Of a stretch of DNA of 64,000 nt, positions 27,589 to 41,500 are shown one piece after another. Each line of letters begins with the position of its first letter. Positions within the stretch are counted from its first letter, which is position 1. Both the position numbers and the translations under genes were made by a program. The notes beneath the pieces were generated by a model. That model was not told the DNA's origin. It did no database searches and saw only the letters and a list, made by a program, of their open reading frames with translations. The DNA comes from Bigelowiella natans CCMP2755 (lineage: Eukaryota > Protista > Cercozoa), in assembly GCA_000320545.1 (NCBI GenBank), contig ADNK01000282.1, positions 1 through 64,000 of the forward strand, in the 5' to 3' direction.

Positions 27589-28360
27589 GATGGAATCAAA
27601 GATCCAGCAGTAGCAGCAGCAAGAGCATATTCATATGGAAAAGCGACACGACAGGAGGGAGAGGATGAGGCTGAGGATGATGAAAGGACACCAACGAGGA
27701 AGATGAATAGCCTCATACATGACCATTATTCCCTCCCCCTCCGGAGTGCGACCAATGAGGAAAAGAGTAGCGGCCGAAAGGGGGCTGAAATGCTGGCTTC
27801 AGAAAGAGACCACGACGTCGTCATCGTCAATGATACAGAGCTCAAGATTGGAGAACTGGTAGAGATAATATCCCACCCAGTTTTGACAGGCTCTCAGGGC
27901 CACGTCGTCGGCATCAGCAGCAACAATAGAATGAGTAGGAGTGGAAGCCGCAGCAGAAGTTTCGCCCCACGACGCAACCCCACTCCCCCCCGTTCCGAGA
28001 ACGACGCAATGGTGACTCTCCAGATCGGCGAGGGAGAGGAATTCCAGGTCGAATTGGACCCAAAGTACCTGCGGAGAGTGGATTTTGACGTGCTGGCGGT
28101 CAATGGGAAAGGAAAAGAAGAAGATACAGGGGAAGGTACAGAAGCAGCAATAGAGGATGGGAACAATGACACCGAGAATGATGGCGATTATGGCGAGGAT
28201 GATGCTGAGGAGGCACAGGAGGTAGGAGAGGGGGGAGAGGATGATACGAATGTATCTGCATGTGATGGTGATGACGAAGCTACGATGGACGATGAAGCAC
28301 AGCGATTCCAGCCGGGTGATGCAGTTGAGGCCGTGGACCTCAAAAACAGGTTACTATCAT

Positions 28361-28396
<36 letters not shown>

Positions 28397-28822
28397 GCAT
28401 AATTAGTTAAGAATCATAATAATATGACGATGATGATAGATATCTCCCCCCCTCCCCCCTCTCTCTCTTCTTCTCTCCGTTCCCCCTCTCCTATAGAGTT
28501 GAGCTCAACGGCCAGTGGGGTAGGCTGGTGGATTTCCGTCCAGAGAAAGGGCGCTGGGTCGTCGATCTCGGGGCCTTTGGATATGTGAGATCCTAATCAC
28601 GCAACATCACTAGAGAAACAGGAGGAAGAAGAAGAAGAAGAAAGAAAGAAAGAAAGAAACACAACCAAAACAAGGGAAACATTTTGAAGAGCCCGCCACA
28701 GCGACGGAAGTGTGATTATGACTTGGAGCCAAACCAATGGATCTTATCCGTGTCGCCGAGCTTAAATTATCGGCACTTTTTGTTGCAACTCCTACGTTTC
28801 CAATGTTATACATATTTGGTGG

Positions 28823-28858
<36 letters not shown>

Positions 28859-30099
28859 TTGCGTGTTTTCAATATGTTTCCACACCCGATCAGCACGCTC
28901 TGCTGCCCTCAAATATCCGACACATTCCACAAGATCATGGTGAAAATGACGGTGGTGTAGCCAGAGAGGGAGAGACCAGAGAACATGCTCCGCATCAGCG
29001 CGACGACGACGGCGATAAAACATCGTTGCCTTATTCTTCAATACCTTCACCACCATTGATGAAGTTCCGAGCACATGACGTAGCTCACGGCTTAACATCT
29101 GTGAAAGCAAGTTCGGTGGAGGAGGGTGGAGGAGCTGAGGGGAAAGAAGCAAGCGAGACCTTCCTCGCGACACATGTCACAGACGGAAAAGCGGTAGCAA
29201 ATAGGAAATTTCAACTAAAAATATGATTTCACGTGTTTTTCCTCATATCTCTCCTTCTTCCACCTCCCCCCCCCCCCTCTCCCCGTCCGTCCGTTCGTTG
29301 CTCTCGGCAACCAAAGGCGACTCGTTGGTCTTCAGATTTTGGAGACAACCAATGGATTATGGTGGATCTTGGGGGCGAAGTTGCGATTGAAGGCGTGTGC
29401 GTTCTGTGGGAAATGGCATTTGCACGTTCCTACACGGTCCAGGTGTGTGTGTGTGTGTGTGTGTTTGTTTGTTTGTTTCTGCGTGCGCACGCGTGTATTT
29501 CTCCGTTCTGCACTGGTGCTGACGGGAGACGGGTAGTTGAGAGGAGTGTATAAATACACATATTGAAAAGAAGGGAATCATGCATTTCACATTCTCAACC
29601 TCTCCGTTCTCTTCTTCCACATCTTTCTCCGCAGGTCGCATCATCGTCTTCCCCCCCCTCTGATTCCACGATGATGGACTGGAGCACGATAGGAAGAGGC
29701 GGGGGGAGACCAGGCTGGGCCGTGCATCCTGCCCCTCCCTCCACCGTGGCTCGGTTTGTCCGGATTAATTGCTTGGAGCGAGCAACCCCTTACGGCTTTT
29801 CTATGCACCTGTTCCAAGTCTTCGGAACACGGCTGGAAGGGCAAGGGGAGGAGGAGATTGTAATAGCAATGATGATGATGAACGATGATGACGATGATAA
29901 TGATGATGGCGATGATGTGGTGATTATGACCGTGAAAGGAGAGCATTGCCAACTGATGACTCCTTTCCATCGTCACTGTAACAACAACAGCAACAACTCG
30001 AAGAAGACTCGCAGCGACTTGGAAGTGAGCAGCAGGAGGACGCATTGAGGACAGAGGTACATCAGCACCGCATGATTCGGGTGATGATAATACCATGAT

Positions 30100-30138
<39 letters not shown>

Positions 30139-33100
30139 GGACACGAGAAGATAGAGTATTTCCCTGGAGATCCTGTGGAGATTCACGGTCTCAAAAAGGA
30201 CTCGCATCTGAACAACTTGGTTGGCGTTGTTTATCGACGATCGAAGACCTTGAATCGCTACATGGTACATAGCAGTACACAGAGCGTGCACGCGTGCTTG
30301 TTTGTGCACACTATGTAAGCGCGTTTATCCTACGGCGTGTTATAAGTGTGATGACTATATCTCCATCTGCTTTTCAAGGTGCGCTTGGAAAGTAGCAATG
30401 ATATGGTGCCATCGACGATAGGAAAAGAACTCGATGGGAGCAACCCTCCCTCTTCCATCGCAGAAGCCTCATTCTCATCATCATCAGCAGCAGCATCACC
30501 CCCATCATCTTGCTCCTCTCCTCGTCTCTCTCCTCCGCGTCAAGCTTCCCCCTTTACATCCTTGGAAGCGACTCGAATGATCGCGTTCAAAGCCGAGAAT
30601 TTGCGGCCGCGCTCATCGGTTATGTATCGATCGGAAGACTGGCACCGCAAGATGGAGCAGAAGAGGATGATTATGCAGGATTACGGCCAGAAGCTACATA
30701 ACATCTCTGTTGGCGATCTAGTGCGAGTTAAAGGTGGTTGCTGCCGATGGTTCTATACCCGTCGTCCCCTTCCCCCTCCCCCTCTTGGTCTCATTGCTGT
30801 TATTCTGATCAGATCTCGAGATTAATGCAAGCTTCAACGGTTGTGTCGGCCGGGTAGTAGTAGTAGTAGTAGTAGTAGTCGTCGTCGTCGTAGCACATAG
30901 ATCATATCGGAGCGGTGGTGACCTTGAATAAGAGAAGAAGAAGAAGGCAGCGTTTTCTCGCGCAGTAGAGGCTGTGAAAAGTGACGATTGGGGGATCGCA
31001 GAGCAGCAAGCGATCATTGGGTTTTAGCTGTTGTGCAGCCCTTTGGGAATGGCGACCATCTTGGGCCAGTATTATCAGTATCATGGATTCAAATCCCGCG
31101 AAATCATCCCTTTCTCTTGTGGAGCGTTCCACAAAATGAAACATCCAAATATTAGATCCCATCTTACCAATGCCATCAATATTACCATCAACGTCGTCGT
31201 TGTCATCGTTGTCGTGGCTCGGAATGGGGATAATCATACCGATGCTGCTATTTGCAGGTGCATCATTACGCTCGAAGGGACAGGAGATTCAGGGTCGATG
31301 ACCTACAAGATCCAATGGGAGGCGACCAGTAATACATCATCATCACCATCACCATCATCATCATCACCATATCGTGCGTTCATGTACATACCACTGGCGG
31401 CCATGCGTATGCGTTGCAGCGTCCTGACAGCATTTATCATACTCTCCTCATCCTGCAGGGGAAGTGTATACATCAAACCGGAAAATCTCGAGAAGGTTCC
31501 AGGACATGCTCCAATGAGGCGGTATATCCAATGGTGAGTTCCGATATTCTGCATGTTTGTTTCCATACGCAAAGGAACGTGCGTGCGCGCTTGTTTGCTT
31601 GCTTATTTTCTTTGGTCTTCTGTACCATTGCTTGACGATTTGTTTCTGTCGTTTAACAGCGAAGGCATCGACATTCCCGCCTACGACAAGGCAGCAGCAC
31701 ATGGAGGCCGTCGTCATCATCATGCGCAACAACAGATGCATAGCGGAGCAGAAGATGGCCTCAGCGAGCAACGCCCGAGAGAGACCTGCGAGAGACGGTG
31801 AGTCTATTCTTCCACACAAAACAATCTGTTGAAACTTTGCTGCAGGCTCATGTCTCCAACCTGCACTTGCGCAATACATAGCTGAAAAGACGAACGACAG
31901 CACGATGTGACGGAGCACTTGCCTCCTCTCCCTCCCCACCCTCCGTATTTCGCAAAATGAGCATCGTTGGTGTTTCTTGCTTCTGCAGATACGCGATAGA
32001 GAAAGGCTGGGAAAACTTTGCCCTCGGGCAGCGCGTCACGACATCGACTGACGAAAACCAGGTGGATGGGGGGAGGGGGAGAGGAAGGGGGGAAGAAGAC
32101 ATGCAATAATATATGCCAGGTATCCATATACGGTTCATATTATCACCCATTTCTCTCGGTGTTGCTTCTACTTTGGCAGAACTACGCAGGAGCCTTTGCT
32201 GTCGATGGGGATGGGTGAGACACGGATCAATGATGCTGATAACATAAATGAGCAGTGCCGCATCCGTAAATCTTCTATCCACATGCACGCTGACGTACGT
32301 GTTCCCGCAACGTTACAGATGGACGCGCTGGGGCTCCAAGCACAGCGACAATCAATGGATAATGGTCCTGTGGAAAAACAATGAAAAGAAATAGAAGAAA
32401 AAGAAAAAGAAGAAGAGGAGGAGGAGTAGGAGAAGTGGAAGCCTGGTGACATGTTTTACTGCGAGTCTGATCGCATTATTACCAAGTCGTAGGACGAGAG
32501 GGAGCGTTGTTATTCAATTATAGTGGTGAATGCTGAAAGAGAATCTGTTGCTGTGACACGCGCGCATTCTGACGTCGTTGTAATTGCCTCCTGTTCTTCT
32601 TCTTGTTGTTGTTCTTGTTGTTGTTGTGGCACGGGAAAAGGTCGATTTCGGGCCTATTCAGCGGCAAATAGAGGCAATTTCTCTCTGTTGGGAGACCGCG
32701 TATGCAAAGGTTGGTAAACAATATTGTGTCTCTCTGGATAGAACCAGGAGAACACACGAAATACGCTGATACCTTGATACATCATACGGAGTACGTTATA
32801 ACATCTTATTCTCGCCATACTTTCCCTTTCTCACAGGACTATGCAATAGATTGCAGCGAGGACCTGCAAGTCTGGAGGTAGAAAAGCATCAGAGATCGTG
32901 TCTGTGTGTTCTGTGGGAGCGTAAGATGACTGGTTTTTGTTGCAGGAATTGCGTGCGAGTGGAGGATAGGAGACACGACGGCTGGGCAGACCATATCTTA
33001 CCGGTAGCATTTGTGTACTACTACCACGTTAGGCAGGGCGTTCTCAATATTTATTCTAGGAGAACGTTGATCATCATGATTTTTTCTTTTGCGACGTGTG

Positions 33101-33278
33101 GCCTTGAACTGCATTGGAAGACAGAAGTTTTCGGTTGTTTACAGTTGCTCGTTTAACCGTATGAAATTCGATGACTTGCTCTGTGCGGCGCTTGCTGCTA
33201 ATGACTGAATCTGAGAGCGTATAGAGTGGGGAGGAAAGTGGGAGGAGAGAGGGGGATATCCTTCCTTTTGTATGCAGG

Positions 33279-33330
<52 letters not shown>

Positions 33331-34616
33331 GCATAAATATTTATGTCGAATGGATTTGTTGTCGGTCGATCGAATGCTAAATAATCAAGCAGAAGGCGGT
33401 GAAATGCCGAGGCGTGCGCATAAGATGCAACAGGCGAGCGACGGTAGGACACGGAGAATGAAACGAAATGGAAGTTGCCGGAATTAAAAGGAGAGAGGGT
33501 GGGGGGGAAGGCCATTGCGGATGCTGAGTCTATGAATATCGGGGAAGAAAAACACCAGCACATTTTTCTCACATTAGCATATATTGTCAGCCATACGGTT
33601 TCTCTCTTCACCACATCGCGCTCTTTGGACCTCGTAACAGCAGCAGCAGCAGCAGCAGCAGCCATCACGAGGAGCGGAATGGTGGTGGTGGTGGTAATGA
33701 TGATGATGATGATGATGCAGTCATGACAGCTGCGGAAGTAGCAGCAGCGGAGTTGCTCGAGAGATCAGTCCAAACTATGTCAACGTCAGCATCATCAACG
33801 ACGACAACAGCGCCCCGCGCTATATCAGCTGGGGTTGAGGAATTTGGGGTGCCAGTGACAGCAGAAGATGCAACGGATGAAGTCGATGATGACGATGACG
33901 AGAGTGATAGCGAAAACGAGAACGATGCTGACGACAACGATGGAGAGGATTTGCTTCTGCGGAGACTGCTTTTGTCATCATCCTCGCACCAGCCGCGGGA
34001 AAGGCTCCTAGATCAGCCGGATGGGGAAGAAGAACAAGATGATGATGATGATGAAGAAGAAGAAGAAGAGCTGGATATTATCGACGACGACAACTCCGAT
34101 AGCAACAAAGGTGGAGATGTTGAATACATGGATTTGGAAGAGGAGGGAGAGGAAGACGTCGGCAGCGTGTCATCGCCGTCAGAAGATATCATGGGCAGTG
34201 AAGTTGTGCTCCAAGGTCTGGTCTTCAGGCATGACTTGAACGGTGTCAAGGGAAGGATACGGGGGATTGATCGTCGCTTTCAAAGACGTCTGGTGGTGGA
34301 TTTGGGAGGAAGAGGGAGGGGGGGGAGAAGGGGAACAGGAGTCGTCAGTGTGCAGAGCGCAAATATTAGACGAGTGGCCGTTGAGCAGATAAAGGTACTA
34401 CTACTAGTAGTAGTAGTAGTTGTAGTAGTAGTGGGGGTGGTAGTACTCGTGGTTTGTTCATAGTTGTGGTAGTTAACAGCGGAACGCATTGCGAATTGTA
34501 TGTGTTGAACGTATATCGTATCCTCAAACTGTCATTGTCTCGTCATTTTGAGCTGCACAATTTTGGTCGGTACGTCAATAATGACACAGGATGTTGAATA
34601 GCCATATTATAATCAT

Positions 34617-34661
<45 letters not shown>

Positions 34662-35619
34662 ACTCGCTCGTTTTGTCCCTCCTCCTGAAATTCCTCCTTT
34701 AGCAACGCTTGAGGTCCATCCGTGCACTCAACATCCCTTCCAGTGGTTCGATCGTCTCTCTCGCAGGTGATGCCGTTCTACCTAGTTGTTGTCCATTTTC
34801 TGCATCACTGCCATCATCATGCATCACCATGTACAGCTATAGTGCATGATCCCCAGTACTATTCTCGCGAAAATACGACAGTTGCATGTACACATACAGA
34901 TTCTGCTCGCGAATTTCATGCAACCTCTACGTCTGCGTACTTGTAGATATTTCGCGCATTCCCTCTTTCTCTCCCTAACCATCTCATGTGAACGTAAGGT
35001 TTGCACGACACCGAAGATTTGAACGGTCTCGAGGGAGTTGTCATAGATGTAAATCTTAAGGTAGTGTTAGGATTGTAGGTGTAGTAGTGGTGGTTGTCGT
35101 AGTAGCACGATCATTCATGATCTGATGAGGATGCCTTGAGATGGAGTCACATGCAAAACGGAGTGAATTGCAGCGGGGGTATAGGGTTATCGAACGCGGT
35201 TTTTGTAGTTACTAGTAAAAAGAGCTGGCCATAGTGATATTACAGTCCATCGAGAGAATTTCTGCCAGTAGTTATTTTTATTTCATATAATTAACTGCTT
35301 CTAAATCACCATGAAATGATGTAAATATGAAGCTGGGGCGCCTTTTAGTGGACATTCCGGACTATGGACAGGTAGGGAAATAAATGTGGTTCATGTTCCA
35401 GCGTGTATGTGGCGTGGTATAAACAAGTTGCATTTTGTATGAGCAAGATTTACATTGGCGTGAAAAATACACCGTAGTGCATTGTGTTCGGATCTAACAC
35501 CCATTTGAGTGAAGTCTATCCGTGTTTATAGCTTGTTTTTCTGCCTATGTATCACATCTTTTTTTGCAATTTTGCAGGTGTATGTGCAGGCAAAGAACGT
35601 GATCGTCATCAAGAAATAG
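21465..35619 (+). CDS. Large multi-exon protein: signal peptide + Ser/Arg leader ending RLRGG, about 10 SH3/KOW-like repeats and 3 F5/8 type C (discoidin/CBM32-like) domains; could be more than one gene
   Basis: Start MKRMGRGYFRVLALAVALSSLCQGA. Repeats include FKIGDPVEIFGLK|VRSELNGMEATITR|YSQETGRYSVAMEDR..ALRPRNI, FQPGDAVEAVDLKNR|VELNGQWGRLVDFRPEKGRWVVDLG, and YFPGDPVEIHGLKKDSHLNNLVG..FKAENL. F5/8C motifs: VDLGTRVWLQMVKIQW (~23150), ASSVE..TDGK|ATRWSSDFGDNQWIMVDLG (29100-29830), and NFALGQRVTTS..AVDGDG|WTRWGSKHSDNQWIM|VDFG (31990-33640). The last exon VYVQAKNVIVIKK* ends at TAG 35619. Confidence 0.7.
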
Positions 35620-35729
35620 TGAGCGACACCATTCTTGTCGTGCAATGCTAGAGTAGTGGGCGGGTGTGTACATTTAGACTTGTTTATTAGTTGTTCGGCG
35701 CAGCACTACCTTGAGATTTAAAACACTTT

Positions 35730-36240
35730 TGTTTCAGCGAGTTTGAAGTGCCTTATTTGTCGGCTGGTGTGAACATGCACGTTTGCTACAGCATGCAACA
35801 TGTAAACGACGTATTTACGTGTACAATGTGTGCTAGTGTGTCTAGATGCGCGAGCGTGGCGGCAAAAAAAAATGCCACCACTGAGCAATCGTATCTATTA
35901 TAGACACAGTAATAATAGCATATACATTATGTATGTGGTATCATCACAGACACAGTAATAGCATATGTCATATACATGGTATTACATGTCCATCATATCT
36001 GCTACTAGCAATAATTGCTACACGTACTGGGCTTATTTCTAGCTTTGTTAAACTAGCTATAGCTAGTCATTAGCACATATATAGCACTGAATTCTAGTAT
36101 TGATCACATCGTGCGTAAATATATCTAGATATAGGCGTCGTGATGAAAAGAGCTAGCAAGCGCTACGTACTAGCTGCACATTGCATCATTGCTACATTGT
36201 ATCGCATGCTGTCAGCAGCGTATGTGCAATCGTATCTGGT
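35730..36240. other. TGCA/CTAG/CATA-rich tract
   Basis: gcatgcaacatg, actagctatagctagtcattagc, gctagcaagcgctacgtactagctgcacattgcatc; internal repeat of agacacagtaata(at)agcata. Confidence 0.55.
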
Positions 36241-36428
36241 TGCTAGGACACACACATGACGAAAAATGTGCGCGCACCTTTTGTGCGAATGTACACACAC
36301 GCACGGGACGGAAATAAAGAGTGAGGGGGAGAGGAAGGAGAGCGAGAAGAGTAGAGAAACGCATTCAAAATGCTCCATTGATAGTATATACACACACACA
36401 CACACCACACACACACATAAATACATTT

Positions 36429-36476
<48 letters not shown>

Positions 36477-36702
36477 TTGAATGTGCATGTGTATGTATGT
36501 GTGCGTGTGCATTCAAATGATCTTTAGATCACAAGGGCTACAATACTATTCAAACCCCAATTAGTTTTACGTGTTTTTATTAGGTTCTAATGTTAAACAC
36601 ATCCCAGCAAGCGCAGTGGAATTCATAATCTTACAATCTGCCATTCGGCAACAAATGGCCAACCGATTTTCTTTACAATCCCGCGTGAGCGCACTAAACC
36701 CT

Positions 36703-37563
36703 TCACATTGTTGGCGGGACCAATATTTGCTGTTGCTTCAAGTACCGGTTAATATCATAGTTTGAGTTTCCCATACTGCTTAAGCCCTTCTGCACAAAAT
36801 TTGAAAGCGGGTTCCCCCGGGATAACGGGGCCGATTTTTGTGATCGTTTTATTGTGCTATCTTCACTTAAATCTGTCGACTTGTTCTCCTTTTGCTCTTG
36901 GTATATCACCTCAGGTGTGGCTGAACAGAAGGCGACATTCCGTAATTTCACCGTTCCTGTGATTATGTCGAATTAGTTTCATGGGTGAGAACCATTTTAG
37001 ACTCTACATCTATATTACAATGTCACCTGGGTTGATGAACATGATATATCTCTTCCCTGATAGTAACTCCTCTATCGATACTTTAATTCCTGCATCTTTT
37101 GTAGCCCTTTTTAAAAGGGGATCCACCCGGCTGTCGTATGATAATGACCGGTAGGCACAGCCTAGATATGGAAATTTAATTTAAATCTAGTGTATTTTAA
37201 TTTTTTTTTTGTGTCCGGAACCTTTCATAGGATTGCCTGCGTGCCAGTGTCCTGTACATCTCTTCGTTAAGCCTTCAACCAAGCTCTTATGAAACTTCTC
37301 GAGGGCATCAGTTGGATCTGAGGTGTGGGAGCTAAGCTTTTTCTTGATTGCTTTCGTCCACCATCCCGCGGCCACCTGGCAAGCAGCAACTCAGATTCAC
37401 TCACAGAAATAAGCATACGTTCACAAATAATAGGGTTTGGGTAGATGCAAGCCCGGAGGGCATGAAAGCTGCTGCCTTCCGAAACCAGTAGAATGAAAAA
37501 CCAACATGATGAAGCTTTCAAATAAGATGAAATTGTGGCATTTACCTCTATTTCTTCTCTCAT
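36703..37563 (-). CDS. BTG/Tob-family (anti-proliferative domain) protein
   Basis: Splicing gives MREEIE|VAAGWWTKAIKKKLSSHTSDPTDALEKFHKSLVEGLTKRCTGHWHAGNPMKG|CAYRSLSYDSRVDPLLKRATKDAGIKVSIEELLSGKRYIMFINPG|TVKLRNV...PPTM*. This matches BTG box A (HW.P..P.KG..YR, DPL) and box B (LWVDPxEV-like FINPGTV). Confidence 0.8.
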
Positions 37564-38515
37564 GTAGATCTTAATCAGTAGTTCAAAAAGGCGCTCACAG
37601 CGCCACAGCTAGTAATTTGTCTCTTTCTGGTTGGTTGTCTTAGAACGGAGGGGAGGGGGTGGGAAGGAGGCTTTATTCTTGCCATTCAATCCTTCAGATT
37701 TATCTAACCGCAAATTTTCAGCATTTTAGATGATGAAAATAAGAGAATTCTAAACGACGACAATCGAATTTCAAGTGAGAACTCACTTTTGGTTGACCAT
37801 TTTCCTAATAGTTCTACAGTTATTCGTCATGGCTCTTAGAAATTAGCTTGTAAGACTTATCGAAGGACCATGCTGGGATCAGGAAGACCAAAAAGAAACC
37901 TACTAAATCTATAATGGCTCAAATTTGCTAGTCTTAATGTAAAATAACCATCACTACAGTTCAAACATAAGCACATCAGTTTTGAAAAAATCCCCTTTGG
38001 ATCCTTTTAAGCCCAAATCACATAATTTAGGGGCTGATAAGGGCATATTTCAAGCTAATATAAACTTAAAAACAAGATATGTCATGTCGTAAATTATTGT
38101 AGTGGTAATATCATCTCCATATACCAGAAATTCTGCTAAAATTCAGGATGAATCAGGAGTGGTGACAGAAAAGGACTTGAAGTTCAAGCTGTGTCAGGAA
38201 TTTTTAGGCAATTCAGCATTGACTCGGTGAATTCAAGGTAATTCTCAGATCTGTTCCCGCGATTCCATAAAATTCGGTTCAGAAAAGCACTTTAATTATT
38301 TTTCTCTTGAGTCTCAGCAATGGACTCCACACAATTTTCAATTGTTTTGAAATTATTCGGTATTGACGGAATTGAAGGGGAATCCCATTAAAAATTTCAG
38401 GAGAATACCTCGAGTGTCTCAGAGTGAATGACGCCAGCCCAAGGAACTCAATTGATTCGCACTCCGCGACACGTCATTGGGTGAACCCCCCCCGCTCGCC
38501 TTCTCTCTGTCTTCG

Positions 38516-41500
38516 ATGGAAGGCAAACAGCAGCCTTACAATCATGGGCAAGCTGCTAGTAGTAATATGATGATGCAGCAGCAACAACAGGGAGGGGCTT
38601 CAATGTCTTACGACGCGGCTTCGCAACAACCAGCAACAGGAGCATATTATAGCCAGCAGTACCCTCAACAACAGTATGACCAACAGTACTATGATCAGCA
38701 AGCACAGGGTGGTGGATACGGGGGTTCATACGCCCAACAGCCTGTTAATGATCAAAGTGGGTACTCAAATGTCGCGACGTCTGGAGCTGATTACAACCAG
38801 CAATACACACAACACCAAAATGTACACCAAGAACAGCAATATGGAGGGTCTCAACAGCAGCAGCAGTATCATCAACAAAATCAACAACAACAACAACAAC
38901 AACAACAGTTCAACCAAAATGTAAATGGAGAAGGGTATCACGCTCCCGTCCCTCAAGAACAATCGCCTTATCCGCAGACTCCGAAGCCGAAGAAAGAAGA
39001 ACGAATCGACCCGGCACAAATTCCAAGATGGTCGCCCGAACACAAGACTGACGAACCTTTAAAGCGATTCTACACCAGGTGAATTATACAGAAGAAGAAA
39101 ACGTGTGATGATCTCGGACCCTAAACTCACTAAGCTGACTGAATGATATATTCCTTCTCAACGCCTCAAATAATTCTTAAATAAATAATTAGGTCTGGTA
39201 GCTCCCCTCCCCCCTCAACCCACCCCTTCATCGCCGTAGACGAAGGAAATTGCAGCCCGCGGTTCATTCGAATGTCCACAAACTACATAGCTAACGAGTT
39301 GAGTCTCGTAGAGCAGACGAAGCTATGCGTAGGGGCTATCATACAGCCTCTGGCAGAGTTAGGGGTCGGGGAGGAGCCCCCTCCTGTTCAGGATTTTGGA
39401 AAAGAGGGTCCGATTAGATGTAACAAGTGCGGTGCCTACATCAATCCCTTCTTTCGTTTCATTGACGGCGGGAGGTCATTCATATGCAACATGTGCGAGA
39501 CCAAAAACGCAGTCCCAGACTATTACTGGTGCAATCTTGACCCGAAGGGATTCCGAAGGGATAAGAATGAGCGTCCGGAGCTGTGCCGCGGAACCGTCGA
39601 TATCGTCGCCCCTCCTGACTACTGTGACTCACCCGTGACAGATCCTTGTTATCTCTTCCTCGTTGACGTCTCCTACCCAGCGCTCGTGAATGGCCTGGTC
39701 GATTGTGCGCTGGAGTGTATTCGAGCGAGCGTAGGCGAGCTGGCGAAAAATCCCCGGACACGTGTCGGTATTGTGACGTTCGACAAGCACCTGTACTTTT
39801 ATTCGGTGAAGGAGGGATCTAATGAGCCGCGCTTGAGTGTGGTTTCTGACACGGATGACCCATTCGTGCCAGTGCTGCCTGACACCGTCCTGCTGCAGCT
39901 CAAAGACGAGAGTTCCTTAGATGTTCTAGATGCTGTCTTGGCCCTCGTTCAGAAGGTGCACATGAGCGAGACCACAGTCACGTCAAATAGCTGTGCTTTC
40001 GGTGCTGTAGCCTCGGCGGGCGCCCGGTTGCTCGAGGCTTACGGTGGGAAGATGATGATTGTGACGTCGAGCCTGTGCAACATGGGCACTGGAAAGCTGG
40101 AGCCACGGAACGACATCAAGCTATACAATACCAACAAAGAGCAGACGCTCCTAGTACCAAACGGATCATACTATGAGAAGCTCGCGACGATGTGCGCGCA
40201 GCTGAAGGTCTCGGTCGATATCTTCGCCTGCGCCAACGATTACCTCGACCTTGCAACAATCGGCGCCCTCTCCCGGACGACAGGAGGGCAGATATATTAC
40301 TACAATGCGTTCAACGCCAACAAGGATGGGGAGGCCCTGCACAGAGATATGTACCGTAACATTAGCCGTTTTACTGCTTTCCAGGGGGTTATGGTGATCC
40401 GCACGACGAAGGGCTTGAAGGTGGCGGAGAAGTTCGGCAACTTCTTCGCGAGGGAGGCCGACGAGATGGAGGTCCCAGTGATCCATTGCGACTCGTCGTT
40501 CGGTATCATGCTCAACCACGAGGGGAAGCTAACGCAGAAAGAGGCTTGCGTGCAGACTGCCCTGTTGTACACAACTTCGGACGGGAAACGGCTGATAAGG
40601 GTACACACAATCTCGCTGCCAGTAACCTCCGCCCTCTGCAATCTCTTCCGGCACGCCGATCTCGATACCATTATCAACCTGTCCTTGAAGCAAGGGGTGA
40701 ATCAAATCCTGTACAAAGTGGAGCCGAAGAACGCTCGGAAAGCACTCACGCAGGCGTGCATTGACAGCTTGTTTGTGTATCGAAAGTACTGCTCCACGCA
40801 GCACTCCCCAGGCCAGCTCATCCTGCCAGAGCCACTCAAATTGCTTCCTCTCTCCACCCTCGGCATGATTAAACATTCACTCTTTCACTGCGGCACACAG
40901 GTAATAGGGATGGTTAGGAGAGTGGTGATGGGGATAGTGTTGATTCGCGATTACGATATTCTGTAAAATATAGCACATTCTTGTCCTCAAATATGTTGCG
41001 TGGGTGTGAAAGCTGTAGCGCAGTGTCGAAAACACAAGTATAAGAGTGACAGAAGAAGCCCTTCTAAAATGTTTGATTATTGTTTTTGGCACCCTCCCCT
41101 CCTCCAAATATTAGGTGGACCAGAGGGCATTCTTGTCTGCATTTGTTGGAGCGATGCCGACATACGTGGCTTGCAGCTTCGTAGATCCGTGTCTCTTTTC
41201 CCTCACCGAAATCCCTGATTACGCCTGTGTAGAGGGCAAAGACGGGCGCGTATTCCTACCCCCAGTGCTCAAGCTCTCTTCTGAATCCATTAGCCGGGAG
41301 GGGGTCTATCTCCTCGACGACGGGCGCTCACTTTACATTTGGATTGGAGAGCAAGCCTCCAAGCAGGTCACTGATCAGCTGTTCGGCATGGTGCAGCAGG
41401 TGGAGGGGGGACCGACATCCCTCCGACTCGTGTACGATAGCGAGGCCGAAGCCAAGTCTCTCAACTCTCGCGTCTGGACGCTCATTACACAGCTTCGGAA

